Assembly: GCA_013331965.1 (NCBI GenBank)
Contig: DUFL01000051.1
Coordinates: 1 to 33,235, forward strand
Direction of reading: 5' to 3'
Source: Candidatus Woesearchaeota archaeon
GTDB lineage: Archaea > Nanobdellota > Nanobdellia > Woesearchaeales > UBA10107
DNA: 33,235 nt
In this document: positions 23,691 to 31,822 of the stretch, one piece after another
How positions within the stretch are numbered: position 1 is the first letter of the stretch
Layout: each line of letters opens with the position of its first letter
The notes under the pieces: generated by a model
The model's input: only the letters and a program-made list of their open reading frames with translations
Database searches by the model: none
What the model was told of the DNA's origin: nothing
Program-made: the position numbers and the translations under genes

Positions 23691-25559
23691 ATGGGGGACG
23701 AAATGCCGTTAAATTATAAAACAACAGATCAGCTCAAGATACCAAAAGATACAATCTCTCAGGTAATAGGTCAGGAACAGGCTGTAAAGATAGTCAAAAA
23801 AGCAGCTCTGCAGAGAAGGCATGTTCTTCTGATAGGCGAGCCTGGAACCGGAAAATCGATGTTGGGATTAGCGATGTCAGAACTTCTTCCAAAAGAAAAG
23901 ATGCAGGATATTATTTCTGTCCCTAATCAGGATGATGAAAACCAGCCGAAGATTCAGACTCTTCCCGCAGGAAAAGGAAAAGAGCTTTTAGCGAGGGCAA
24001 AACTTGAATCGATGGGAGAATTCAGGATTCAGAATATAATTATCTTTGTACTGGCAATATTCTCGATGATGGCCCCGTGGTGGGCGCGTTCTTACTATAA
24101 ATCAGATATTATTTTTGCAGCATTTTTCCTGGGAGGAATGGTGTTTATCGTTGCTGCAGTTCTGTTCATCAATATGGGGAAAAGATTCAACCAAAAAACT
24201 TTATTCCCAAGAATCATAGTTGACAATAATAAAAAAGATCATGCTCCGTTTTTTGATGCCACAGGAGCTCATGCTGGTTCTTTGTTAGGAGATGTTCTGC
24301 ATGATCCATTCCAGACAGGAGGATTGGGAACTCCTCCTCATGAAAGAATAGTTGCAGGAATGATACACAAGGCGAACATGGGTGTTTTATTTATCGATGA
24401 GCTCGGAAATCTTCAGCCTGCGACACAGCAGGAATTATTGACATCATTGCAGGAAGGGAAATATTCTATAACGGGCCAGTCGGAAAGATCGGCAGGGGCG
24501 ATGGTCAGGACAGAACCTGTTCCGTGCAATTTCATTCTTGTTGCAGCAGGAAACATGGAATCAATAAATCACATGCATCCTGCGCTGCGTTCAAGGATAA
24601 GGGGCTATGGCTATGAAGTTTACATGAAAGACACAATGAAAGACACTTCTGAAAACAGGGATAAAATTGCTTATTTTGTTGCGCAGGAAATAAAAAAAGA
24701 TGGAAAAATTCCTCATTTCACAAAAGAGGCAGTTGATGCTATGATCGAGGAAGCAAGAAGAATGGCGAATCACAAGGGACATTTGACTTTGAGATTAAGA
24801 GAGCTCGGCGGTTTAGTCAGGGCAGCAGGGGATGTAGCTCATGAAGAGAAAGCGAAGTTTGTTGAAAAACAGCACATTCTTGATGCTAAGATGATTGCAA
24901 GAACTTTGGAGCAGCAGATTGCAGATAAATACATCGAAAGAAAAAAGGAATATGAAGTCATCAAAGTCACAGGGAAACAGGTTGGGAGAGTAAATGGGCT
25001 TGCTGTTATCGGCGGAGAATCCGCGATGTCAGGGATAATACTGCCTATCGAAGCTGAAGTAACTCCTGGCGGAAAAGAAAGAGAGATAATCGCCACAGGA
25101 AAATTAGGAGAAATCGCGAAAGAAGCGGTAAAGAATGTCTCTGCTATCATCAAGAAATTATTCGGTGAGGATATCAAAAATACAAAAGATATTTATGTTC
25201 AGTTTTTGCAGACTCACGAAGGTGTCGAGGGAGATTCTGCTTCAATTGCAGTTGCAGTCGCGATTATTTCAGCTTTGAAGAATGTTCCGATAAAGCAGGA
25301 TTATGCTGTAACTGGCTCATTGTCTGTAAGAGGGGATGTCCTGCCTGTTGGAGGAGTTTCTTCCAAAATTGAGGCGGCAATTGATGCAGGAATCAAAAAA
25401 GTCATCGTTCCCAAATCCAATGAGCAGGATATTGTCCTGGATAAAAAGAAATTAAATTTGATAAAGGTAATCGCGGTTGAAAATATCATCCAGGTGTTAA
25501 GAGAGCTTATTGACTGGACTGGAAAAGAGAGCATTCTGAGAAAGATAACTTCTACCTAG
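23691..25559 (+). CDS. lonB: archaeal membrane-bound ATP-dependent protease LonB
   Basis: Walker [11 protein letters not shown] hairpin insertion ([16 protein letters not shown]...[16 protein letters not shown]). Walker B VLFIDE. Protease domain [16 protein letters not shown] with downstream Lys. Start placed at ATG 23691, about 25 nt downstream of ctttaaatac; ATG 23703 is also possible. Confidence 0.93.
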   Translation: MGDEMPLNYKTTDQLKIPKDTISQVIGQEQAVKIVKKAALQRRHVLLIGEPGTGKSMLGLAMSELLPKEKMQDIISVPNQDDENQPKIQTLPAGKGKELLARAKLESMGEFRIQNIIIFVLAIFSMMAPWWARSYYKSDIIFAAFFLGGMVFIVAAVLFINMGKRFNQKTLFPRIIVDNNKKDHAPFFDATGAHAGSLLGDVLHDPFQTGGLGTPPHERIVAGMIHKANMGVLFIDELGNLQPATQQELLTSLQEGKYSITGQSERSAGAMVRTEPVPCNFILVAAGNMESINHMHPALRSRIRGYGYEVYMKDTMKDTSENRDKIAYFVAQEIKKDGKIPHFTKEAVDAMIEEARRMANHKGHLTLRLRELGGLVRAAGDVAHEEKAKFVEKQHILDAKMIARTLEQQIADKYIERKKEYEVIKVTGKQVGRVNGLAVIGGESAMSGIILPIEAEVTPGGKEREIIATGKLGEIAKEAVKNVSAIIKKLFGEDIKNTKDIYVQFLQTHEGVEGDSASIAVAVAIISALKNVPIKQDYAVTGSLSVRGDVLPVGGVSSKIEAAIDAGIKKVIVPKSNEQDIVLDKKKLNLIKVIAVENIIQVLRELIDWTGKESILRKITST

Positions 25560-25632
25560 ACACTGCATTGATATTACTTGCTTTTTCTGTCGCATCCCGC
25601 CTGATTTTAATTTTTTAATAATAAACTAAAAA

Positions 25633-25680
25633 GTTAATATCGGTTCGACTCTTATGCCGCACCCATGCCGGATTTTATTC
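25633..25680 (+). repeat. truncated/short-form copy of the hairpin element family
   Basis: gttaatatc-ggttc-gactc-ttatgcc-gcaccc-atgccgg-attttattc, preceded by the family leader aaactaaaaa. No 3' P2/P1 strands. Confidence 0.4.
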
Positions 25681-25700
25681 ATTAATTACAAATTAAAAAA

Positions 25701-25817
25701 GTTAGCGTCGTTCACGGTTATTTGAAAGTCTATCACATATCGTTGGTGTCCCGTAAGGCACATCCCCTCCAACTCTTATTCTAAATATATTATAAATCGT
25801 TCACACCTGACGCTAAC
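25701..25817 (+). ncRNA. GC-rich three-stem hairpin element, copy E
   Basis: P1 gttagcgtc(25701-25709)/gacgctaac(25809-25817), flanked by A6/T4. Loops gttca and ttcacacct. P2 cggtt(25715-25719)/aatcg(25795-25799, one G-U). ctatcaca motif. P3 gttgg/ccaac. Apical tccc-gtaa-gg..cacatcccc. Confidence 0.55.
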
Positions 25818-25947
25818 TTTTGATTAAGCTTCAGTACATGTGCTAATTTTATCTTAAGCCTTAGTAAAAGTGCTAACTGCGTATCTCCTATTGCTGCCCC
25901 TATGATATGTAGTAATCTTTATAAATGACCATAAAAGCCAAAATACT

Positions 25948-26379
25948 ATGGCAACAGTACAAGACGTTCCGGCTGACAAATTAATATCAAAAACAGCAAA
26001 GGAACTTGAAGCTAAACCTGAATTTAAGGCTCCGGAATGGGCTCAATTCGTTAAAACCGGCGTTTCCAGACAGAGACCGCCAATGAAAAAAGACTGGTGG
26101 CACACAAGAGAAGCAGCAGTTCTAAGAACAGTTTATTTAGAAGGTCCAATTGGTACAAACACATTAAGAATAAAATACGGCGGAAAGAAAAATATGGGAT
26201 ATACTCCAGAAGAGACTAAGAAAGGATCAGGTTCAATCGCAAGAAAGATGCTACAGCAATTGGAAAAAGCAGGACTTGTCAAAACAGAATCAAAGGGAGT
26301 AAATAAAGGAAGGGTAATAACTCCTGCCGGAAAGAAATTCCTGAATAAAATATCAACAGAAATCATAGGTAAAAAATAA
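25948..26379 (+). CDS. rps19e: 30S ribosomal protein S19e (eS19)
   Basis: VQDVPADKLI...PEWAQFVKTGVSRQRPP...DWWHTREAAVLR...GGSGSIARKMLQQLEKAGLV is colinear with eS19. TATA ctttataaat lies about 25 nt upstream. Confidence 0.93.
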   Translation: MATVQDVPADKLISKTAKELEAKPEFKAPEWAQFVKTGVSRQRPPMKKDWWHTREAAVLRTVYLEGPIGTNTLRIKYGGKKNMGYTPEETKKGSGSIARKMLQQLEKAGLVKTESKGVNKGRVITPAGKKFLNKISTEIIGKK

Positions 26380-26552
26380 TGGCAAGATACATGACTAAGG
26401 GAAGAAAGATAAGGCTGGCAAAAAGAGGAAGACAGACTAGATGGGCTCCTTTCTGGATAATACCCAAGATTTACGGAAAGAACAGAAGAGTCCATCCTGG
26501 AAGAAAAACTTACGTTAAAAGAAATTGGAGAAGAGCAAGTACTAATCAATAA
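26379..26552 (+). CDS. rpl39e: 50S ribosomal protein L39e (eL39)
   Basis: Not in the ORF track (57 aa): MARYMTKGRKIRLAKRGRQTRWAPFWIIPKIYGKNRRVHPGRKTYVKRNWRRASTNQ, the highly basic eL39 pattern (RLAK, R-x-P-x-W, NWRR). TAATG overlap with rps19e. Confidence 0.85.
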   Translation: MARYMTKGRKIRLAKRGRQTRWAPFWIIPKIYGKNRRVHPGRKTYVKRNWRRASTNQ

Positions 26553-26554
26553 AA

Positions 26555-27070
26555 ATGGCAAATCTTGAAAGGACATACATAATTCCTATGAGGAAGAATT
26601 TTATAAGAAGAGCCAAGTACAAAAGGGCGAAAAGAGCCGTTAATATCGTAAGAGAATTCTTAGAGAAACACATGAAGTCTTCGGATGTTAAATTAGGTCA
26701 GATGATTAACAGAGAGTTGTGGAAGAGAGGAATAAAGAATCCGCCTGGAAAAATAAAAGTTGTTGCGATAAAAGACGATAAAGGAACTGTCAAGGCGGAA
26801 TTGTTCGGACACAAATATATTGAAAAAATAAAAGTTGAAAAAGTTGAAAAATCAAAGTTAGAGCAGCTGAAAGAGAAGATGCTTGGAAAAGAGGAAGCGA
26901 AGAAAGAAGATGCAAACAAAGAACACAACAAGGAAGCGATAGAGCATATCCATGAACATGAGCATCACGATCATACTGCGCATGAGCATACTGAAAAAGA
27001 ACTTGGCGCTGCAGAAGAGCAGGAAAGAAAAGTAAGCTCAGGAAAAGCTAAAAACAGAGATAAAAGCTAA
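26555..27070 (+). CDS. rpl31e: 50S ribosomal protein L31e (eL31) with about 80-aa K/E/H-rich C-terminal extension
   Basis: The first ~90 aa (ERTYIIPMRK...RAKRAVNIVREFLEKHM...VKLGQMINRELWKRGIKNPPGKIKV) match eL31. The tail contains EHIHEHEHHDHTAHEH. Confidence 0.88.
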   Translation: MANLERTYIIPMRKNFIRRAKYKRAKRAVNIVREFLEKHMKSSDVKLGQMINRELWKRGIKNPPGKIKVVAIKDDKGTVKAELFGHKYIEKIKVEKVEKSKLEQLKEKMLGKEEAKKEDANKEHNKEAIEHIHEHEHHDHTAHEHTEKELGAAEEQERKVSSGKAKNRDKS

Positions 27071-27408
27071 TTATTTTTTTTATCAGAATATTTTCCAGTT
27101 TTATAATCAACTGCAATAGTAGCAACATTTGTCAAAAGAGCGATTGCCGCAAGACCCAGAGCATAATCTCCGGGGTTTGATAAAACTTTTTCTGTCAAAG
27201 TAGACATAAGAGTTGATCCATTTGGCTGATGTTTTTCAATAAAATTGATAATGCTGACTGCTCCGTTGTAATATTTTTGACCCAACCCGAACCCATTATC
27301 ATTTGCAACATAATCTAAGATTTTCATCACTAGAAAAGAAACAGCGGGTGCTGCAACTGGACCTTCTAAAATATCCATCATCAATTTCTTGCTGTGTTCG
27401 TCTTCCAT
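27067..27408 (-). CDS. hypothetical protein, 113 aa
   Basis: ORF with hydrophobic/amphipathic segments. Convergent 4-nt overlap with rpl31e. No recognised motif. Confidence 0.55.
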   Translation of the reverse strand: MEDEHSKKLMMDILEGPVAAPAVSFLVMKILDYVANDNGFGLGQKYYNGAVSIINFIEKHQPNGSTLMSTLTEKVLSNPGDYALGLAAIALLTNVATIAVDYKTGKYSDKKNN

Positions 27409-27503
27409 CGTGAGATTCTCTAAACCAACCCGATATAAAAACGTATAGAAAGCTTTAAAAAGCAGTTATAAATGGTAATATTTATCCCATATAGAGTGTA
27501 AAA

Positions 27504-28493
27504 ATGAGTAAATTACCATTTGAACAGCTAAATAGAACTATTCTCGTTAAAAAGGAAGCTAAGACTTCAGATAAATTTGGAATCAATCCTGAGAAAAGAT
27601 ATGTTGAAAAACTCATAGATTACGGAATTGTAAATATAGATAAGCCACAAGGACCTACTTCTCACCAGGTTTCTGCTTATGTGAAGCAAATTTTAAAATT
27701 AAACAAAGCAGGACATTCCGGAACATTAGATCCAAATGTGACTGGAGTTTTACCTGTTGCATTGGGAAGGTCAACAAAGATTGTTCAAGGGTTACTAACT
27801 GCTGGAAAAGAATATGTCTGCATAATGCATCTGCACAATGAAGTTTCTGAAGATAGAATAAGAAAAGCATTTGATGATTTTATTGGGAAAATTAAACAAA
27901 TTCCTCCGTTAAAATCTGCAGTAAAAAGGCAGGAAAGGGAAAGAGAAATTTATTACATAGATATTTTAGAAATTGACGGACAGGATGTTTTATTCAAGAC
28001 AGGATGCCAGGCTGGAACTTACATAAGAACGCTTTGCGTTGCCTTAGGAAGAAAACTTGGAACAAACGCGCACATGGCTGAATTAAGGAGGACAAAGGCA
28101 GGTCCTTTTGATGAGTCAACATTAGTAACATTGCAGGACTTGCAGGATGCTTATACATTCTGGAAAGAGGATAAAAACGAAAAACTTATCAGAAAATGCA
28201 TACAGCCTGTCGAAAATGCAGTAAAACATCTGCCTAAACTATGGGTAACTGATTATACTGTGAATTCATTGTGTCACGGAGCTGCATTAAATATTCCTGG
28301 AATCTCAAAGTTAGAAAGCGATGCTAAATATGATGAGACCTGCGCAATTTTGACTTTAAAAGACGAATTGATTGCGATTGGAAAGCTAAGGATGAATTCA
28401 AACGAAATAATGGTCAAAGAGAAAGGCATTGTTGTTCTTTTAGACGCTGTGTTCATGGAACCTGGAACATATCCTAAGATGATTAAGAAGTAG
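27504..28493 (+). CDS. cbf5: H/ACA RNP pseudouridine synthase Cbf5 (TruB family, with PUA domain)
   Basis: GIVNIDKPQGPTSHQV, catalytic-Asp block HSGTLDPNVTGVLPV, AGTYIRTL, and a C-terminal PUA-like segment. Confidence 0.93.
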   Translation: MSKLPFEQLNRTILVKKEAKTSDKFGINPEKRYVEKLIDYGIVNIDKPQGPTSHQVSAYVKQILKLNKAGHSGTLDPNVTGVLPVALGRSTKIVQGLLTAGKEYVCIMHLHNEVSEDRIRKAFDDFIGKIKQIPPLKSAVKRQEREREIYYIDILEIDGQDVLFKTGCQAGTYIRTLCVALGRKLGTNAHMAELRRTKAGPFDESTLVTLQDLQDAYTFWKEDKNEKLIRKCIQPVENAVKHLPKLWVTDYTVNSLCHGAALNIPGISKLESDAKYDETCAILTLKDELIAIGKLRMNSNEIMVKEKGIVVLLDAVFMEPGTYPKMIKK

Positions 28494-29091
28494 ATTTATG
28501 ATTTTCAACTTCCTTCTTAACAATCTTCAGGTCTTTCTCCCATTCAATGATTAGGTTCTGATTGTAAATTATCGCCGCAGGGTGAAATAAAGGGATTAAA
28601 GTTATCGTCATGTCATCGATCTGAATAATTTTAACTTTCCCATGCACCTGCGTTATTCCGAGCTGCTTATCCATTCCATCAGGATTGCAACCTGCTAAAA
28701 AGAATTTTGTCGCGTAATTACCTAATGAACATATTACTTTCGGCTTTATAATTTTAATTTGTTTGATTAAATATGGAGTATGGGTCCTTATTTCCTCTGA
28801 AGTCGGATTTCTATTTTCTGGCGGGCGATATTTCAATATATTCGCTATATACACGTCATCTAAACTTAAACCAACTGCCGACAAAAGTTTATCCAAGTTC
28901 TTTCCTGCTGCACCTACAAAAGGAAGACCTTGGAGATCCTCTTGTCTTCCTGCCGCTTCTCCAACAAACAGTATTTTAGCTTGAGGATTTCCTTTTCCAA
29001 ATACTAAGTTTGTTGCACCTTCTCTAAGGGGGAGAGTTGTATCTGCAATAATTTCTTCTCTAAGTTTATTGAGTTCTTCCTGTTTGTCCAT
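28483..29091 (-). CDS. udg: uracil-DNA glycosylase, family 4/5-like
   Basis: LVFGKGNPQAKILFVGEAAGRQEDLQGLPFVGAAGKNLDKLL (GE-x-x-G..ED..G-x-PFVG-x-AG motif), ANILKYRPP, LFHPAA. Confidence 0.85.
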   Translation of the reverse strand: MDKQEELNKLREEIIADTTLPLREGATNLVFGKGNPQAKILFVGEAAGRQEDLQGLPFVGAAGKNLDKLLSAVGLSLDDVYIANILKYRPPENRNPTSEEIRTHTPYLIKQIKIIKPKVICSLGNYATKFFLAGCNPDGMDKQLGITQVHGKVKIIQIDDMTITLIPLFHPAAIIYNQNLIIEWEKDLKIVKKEVENHKSTS

Positions 29092-29231
29092 AAATTAACC
29101 TGCCGAAATCAATTATTTAAAGTTATGCCTAGTTCTACCTCAGTAAAAACACATGCCAAATTTTCGTATTAATATTATTAAACCAAAAAATGTCCAATAA
29201 GTTTAAAAACTGAACAAACCTAAATTCATAC

Positions 29232-29408
29232 ATGAATACAGAGTACATATTCTATACGGTGGGCATAATCTTCGCATTGGCCGCTGTCCTGTACTTTACA
29301 TGGGAGTATCTGTTTTCTCTGGCAAGATTTTTCAAGATAATCGTCCTGCTTGCATTGACTGGGTTCTTCTGGTTCATGGCAAATCATTTAAGGGAGAGAA
29401 ACATATGA
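29232..29408 (+). CDS. 58-aa two-TM mini-protein
   Basis: Not in the ORF track: MNTEYIFYTVGIIFALAAVLYFTWEYLFSLARFFKIIVLLALTGFFWFMANHLRERNI. gtttaaaaac TATA lies about 25 nt upstream. 4-nt overlap with the next ORF. Confidence 0.5.
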   Translation: MNTEYIFYTVGIIFALAAVLYFTWEYLFSLARFFKIIVLLALTGFFWFMANHLRERNI

Positions 29409-29659
29409 TGGCGACATGGGCTCCGGTTGTATTCAGCGTGCTTCTCATTCCACTAATAATATTTTTATTGATTGTTTATTTCAGAGGACGAATGTTTTAC
29501 AGATTATTGTATATTTTATCAGTATTCACATACGCAATGACAATATCATACTGGATTGATGTTTATCAATTAGGAAGAAATTCGATAGTGGGATTATTGC
29601 TGATGTCTGCAATTTTAATGATACTGATAGGGAGATTATTCAGGAAGAGCAAAAAATGA
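29405..29659 (+). CDS. 84-aa membrane protein
   Basis: MMATWAPVVFSVLLIPLIIFLLIVYF... has 2-3 TM helices. Start moved from 29300 to 29405 because the upstream part overlaps the better mini-ORF. ATGA overlap with the next gene. Confidence 0.6.
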   Translation: MMATWAPVVFSVLLIPLIIFLLIVYFRGRMFYRLLYILSVFTYAMTISYWIDVYQLGRNSIVGLLLMSAILMILIGRLFRKSKK

Positions 29660-30243
29660 AAAAGAACAGCAAAAATTTAATCGCCGCAGGAGTTTGTATT
29701 TTAATAATAGCGATAATTGCAGCATTAAGCGCATCAAACATAGGGTGGAAAGTTGAAAAAAAGGCTGTCTCATCGGTAAAGTTAAGCGATGTTATGGTTA
29801 CAAAATTAGAGGGAGAACCATACGGCACAGGACCGGGAGTCCAGATTTATACCATCACTATTACAAACACATTCATTCCAAGACAGTATGAGCTGCCATA
29901 TTTCAGCATTTGTTTATACAACACAGAATTAAAGAAAAGTTCTATCGCGGATGCGAGATGGGATATCAAGGAACAAAGCTCACAATTCGGAGACGGACAA
30001 AATACTCTTGAAGTGATTAAAGGAACAAAATCTGCAAATCTCCTTGTGTTCCAGGGAATAAGATACAAGCCAGTCCCTGCCGCTGAAAGAGCAGAACCAG
30101 TCAAAGCATCTCAAATAGAGGAAGTATATGACAAATTGCTTCTTTTCCTGCAGGAAAAAGGCAAAGGTTACATGTACAGAGACTGCTACACTTTGCAGGA
30201 ATCTGACTTCAAAGATGCTGTTATAATTCCGATTCTAAAATGA
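29656..30243 (+). CDS. N-terminally anchored extracytoplasmic protein, 195 aa
   Basis: TM anchor LIAAGVCILIIAIIAALSA followed by a mixed beta-type domain. Translationally coupled on both sides. Confidence 0.7.
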   Translation: MKKNSKNLIAAGVCILIIAIIAALSASNIGWKVEKKAVSSVKLSDVMVTKLEGEPYGTGPGVQIYTITITNTFIPRQYELPYFSICLYNTELKKSSIADARWDIKEQSSQFGDGQNTLEVIKGTKSANLLVFQGIRYKPVPAAERAEPVKASQIEEVYDKLLLFLQEKGKGYMYRDCYTLQESDFKDAVIIPILK

Positions 30244-30398
30244 AACATCTTAAACAAACAATTGTCTTTATGATTATTGCTTTGCTCCTTGTTAATCTCG
30301 TAGTGTTCGCTCTTAAACTTATATCAGCCATCCTCTTCTGGGGCATCATAATCGCAGCTGGATTGTTTGCATACAAAGGTTTAAATAAGCTAAAATAG
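30240..30398 (+). CDS. 52-aa two-TM mini-protein
   Basis: Not in the ORF track: MKHLKQTIVFMIIALLLVNLVVFALKLISAILFWGIIIAAGLFAYKGLNKLK. ATGA overlap with the upstream gene. Confidence 0.5.
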   Translation: MKHLKQTIVFMIIALLLVNLVVFALKLISAILFWGIIIAAGLFAYKGLNKLK

Positions 30399-30437
30399 CG
30401 TTACAAAGCTTAGGGAGGTTGTTTAAATCCTTAACTG

Positions 30438-30478
30438 TAGTCACTAAATAGTGACTAAAAATACGAAAGATTTATATA
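30438..30478 (+). promoter_or_regulatory. shared promoter cassette copy 3 (perfect 9-2-9 palindrome + BRE/TATA)
   Basis: tagtcacta-aa-tagtgacta, then aaaatacgaaagatttatata. The ATG at 30492 lies 14 nt after the end of the TATA, shorter than the ~23-26 nt spacing in cassette copies 1 and 2. Confidence 0.7.
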
Positions 30479-30491
30479 AGAGTGATACTTT

Positions 30492-30935
30492 ATGTTTAGA
30501 ATGAAAGCCCCACAAGAACCTGTATTTTATTTTGACCCGAGAGCGGTAAGACAGATACAGGAACAGGCAGTGAAAGAGTACAGGAAATCATTTCTTGGAA
30601 AAGCAGTAAAATACGTTGCAATGGCAGGAATTGCTGGTGTTATTGTAACCGGCGCCGGAACAATGGCAATAAATGCTGCAAGAAAAGCTCATGCTGGTTT
30701 AGAAAAAAAACTTTCTACTTTTGAAAAACTTCCGGACGGAAGAATAAAATCCCATGGAAAAATATACTTCACCAAAGAGCATGTTTTAACAGGCAGCGAA
30801 GATATAATGAAAGTCGCAGCCGGATTGAATGGAAAAAAATGGGATGAAAACACCATGGCAATGATATTCGCTTTGAATGGCGGAGACAGAATGTACAAGC
30901 CGGGCGATAAAGTAACGCTGTTATATCAGAAATAA
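30492..30935 (+). CDS. membrane-anchored protein with weak LysM-like C-terminal domain
   Basis: TM YVAMAGIAGVIVTGAGTMAI. C-terminal HVLTGSEDIMKVAAGLNG...MIFALNGGDRMYKPGDKVTLLY loosely fits the LysM pattern (x-V-x-x-G-D/E...IA...N...L-x-x-G-x-x-L). Confidence 0.6.
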   Translation: MFRMKAPQEPVFYFDPRAVRQIQEQAVKEYRKSFLGKAVKYVAMAGIAGVIVTGAGTMAINAARKAHAGLEKKLSTFEKLPDGRIKSHGKIYFTKEHVLTGSEDIMKVAAGLNGKKWDENTMAMIFALNGGDRMYKPGDKVTLLYQK

Positions 30936-30976
30936 TTAAGATAATTTTATAAACAATATTTCTTAACTGTCAATTC

Positions 30977-31360
30977 ATGAACGTGATTACCGTGAATTTT
31001 AAGCATGTTGAGATTTTTAAGTATGCAAGAAATGAGCCGATAATTCTTAAAATTCTATTCAATGACGGAATAAGCGACAGAAGCATGGTAAAAACGACAA
31101 ATATCGATAATGCTGAGCAATTCACTGCCGAAGTGATGAATAACATTAGGAAGATGGAGAAAGAATTGCACAATAAGAACTCAAACAATTTTCTTGATGT
31201 AGTGCAGGTAAGGTTCGGAGACGATGAGGAAAAAGCAGAGGAAAAGCTTTATCATGCATTCTCAAGAGTCAAAGAAGATATAAGAAAATTAAGAACTCCC
31301 AGCGCACAGGGATTATTGCAGAAAGTAGCGATGATACAAGGCTCAAGATACAGCATCTAA
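30977..31360 (+). CDS. hypothetical protein, 127 aa
   Basis: Clean ORF with no recognised motif. Confidence 0.55.
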   Translation: MNVITVNFKHVEIFKYARNEPIILKILFNDGISDRSMVKTTNIDNAEQFTAEVMNNIRKMEKELHNKNSNNFLDVVQVRFGDDEEKAEEKLYHAFSRVKEDIRKLRTPSAQGLLQKVAMIQGSRYSI

Positions 31361-31512
31361 TCAGTAAATTCATTCAAAAGATCCTGTGCTGATTTCTCAA
31401 GAACAACTGAATCTTTTCTGTTGCAGTATGGGCATATTCTTGGCGGAAGCGTCTTGTCAACCCCTTTCGGGTTGAAACTGTACCGACAACTTTCGCAGAT
31501 GAATTTTGCCAT
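31357..31512 (-). CDS. 51-aa zinc-ribbon protein
   Basis: Not in the ORF track: MAKFICESCRYSFNPKGVDKTLPPRICPYCNRKDSVVLEKSAQDLLNEFTD, with CxxC...CxxC spaced 17 aa apart. Confidence 0.55.
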   Translation of the reverse strand: MAKFICESCRYSFNPKGVDKTLPPRICPYCNRKDSVVLEKSAQDLLNEFTD

Positions 31513-31822
31513 GATTATTCCATAACAGGGTTAGTATATAAATATTTTGAAAAGGATAATATATTGTGCATGAAAAATAGTAAAATCTGCTTATTTTTGA
31601 TGAAAATCCGAAAAAATACGTCTTTTAAGCGAAATTCATGTCAATTTTAACTCTAAAAATAACTAATTTCTTGTTTATTTATAAATAAAACAAGATATTT
31701 AATTAAAAATAGCCTAAAATGGGTTAAAAATGGCTAAAAATAACCAATTAATACTTAAATTAACAAGATTTATAAATAAAAGATATCCTAAATAAGCTAA
31801 ATAGGGTTAAAAATAGGTTAAA

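Noticed and set aside
29300-29404. Upstream extension of the 84-aa membrane ORF (MGVSVFSGKIFQDNRPAC...).
   Set aside because: It overlaps, out of frame, a 58-aa two-TM ORF that sits at leaderless distance from a TATA. The extension is non-hydrophobic, unlike the rest of the protein.
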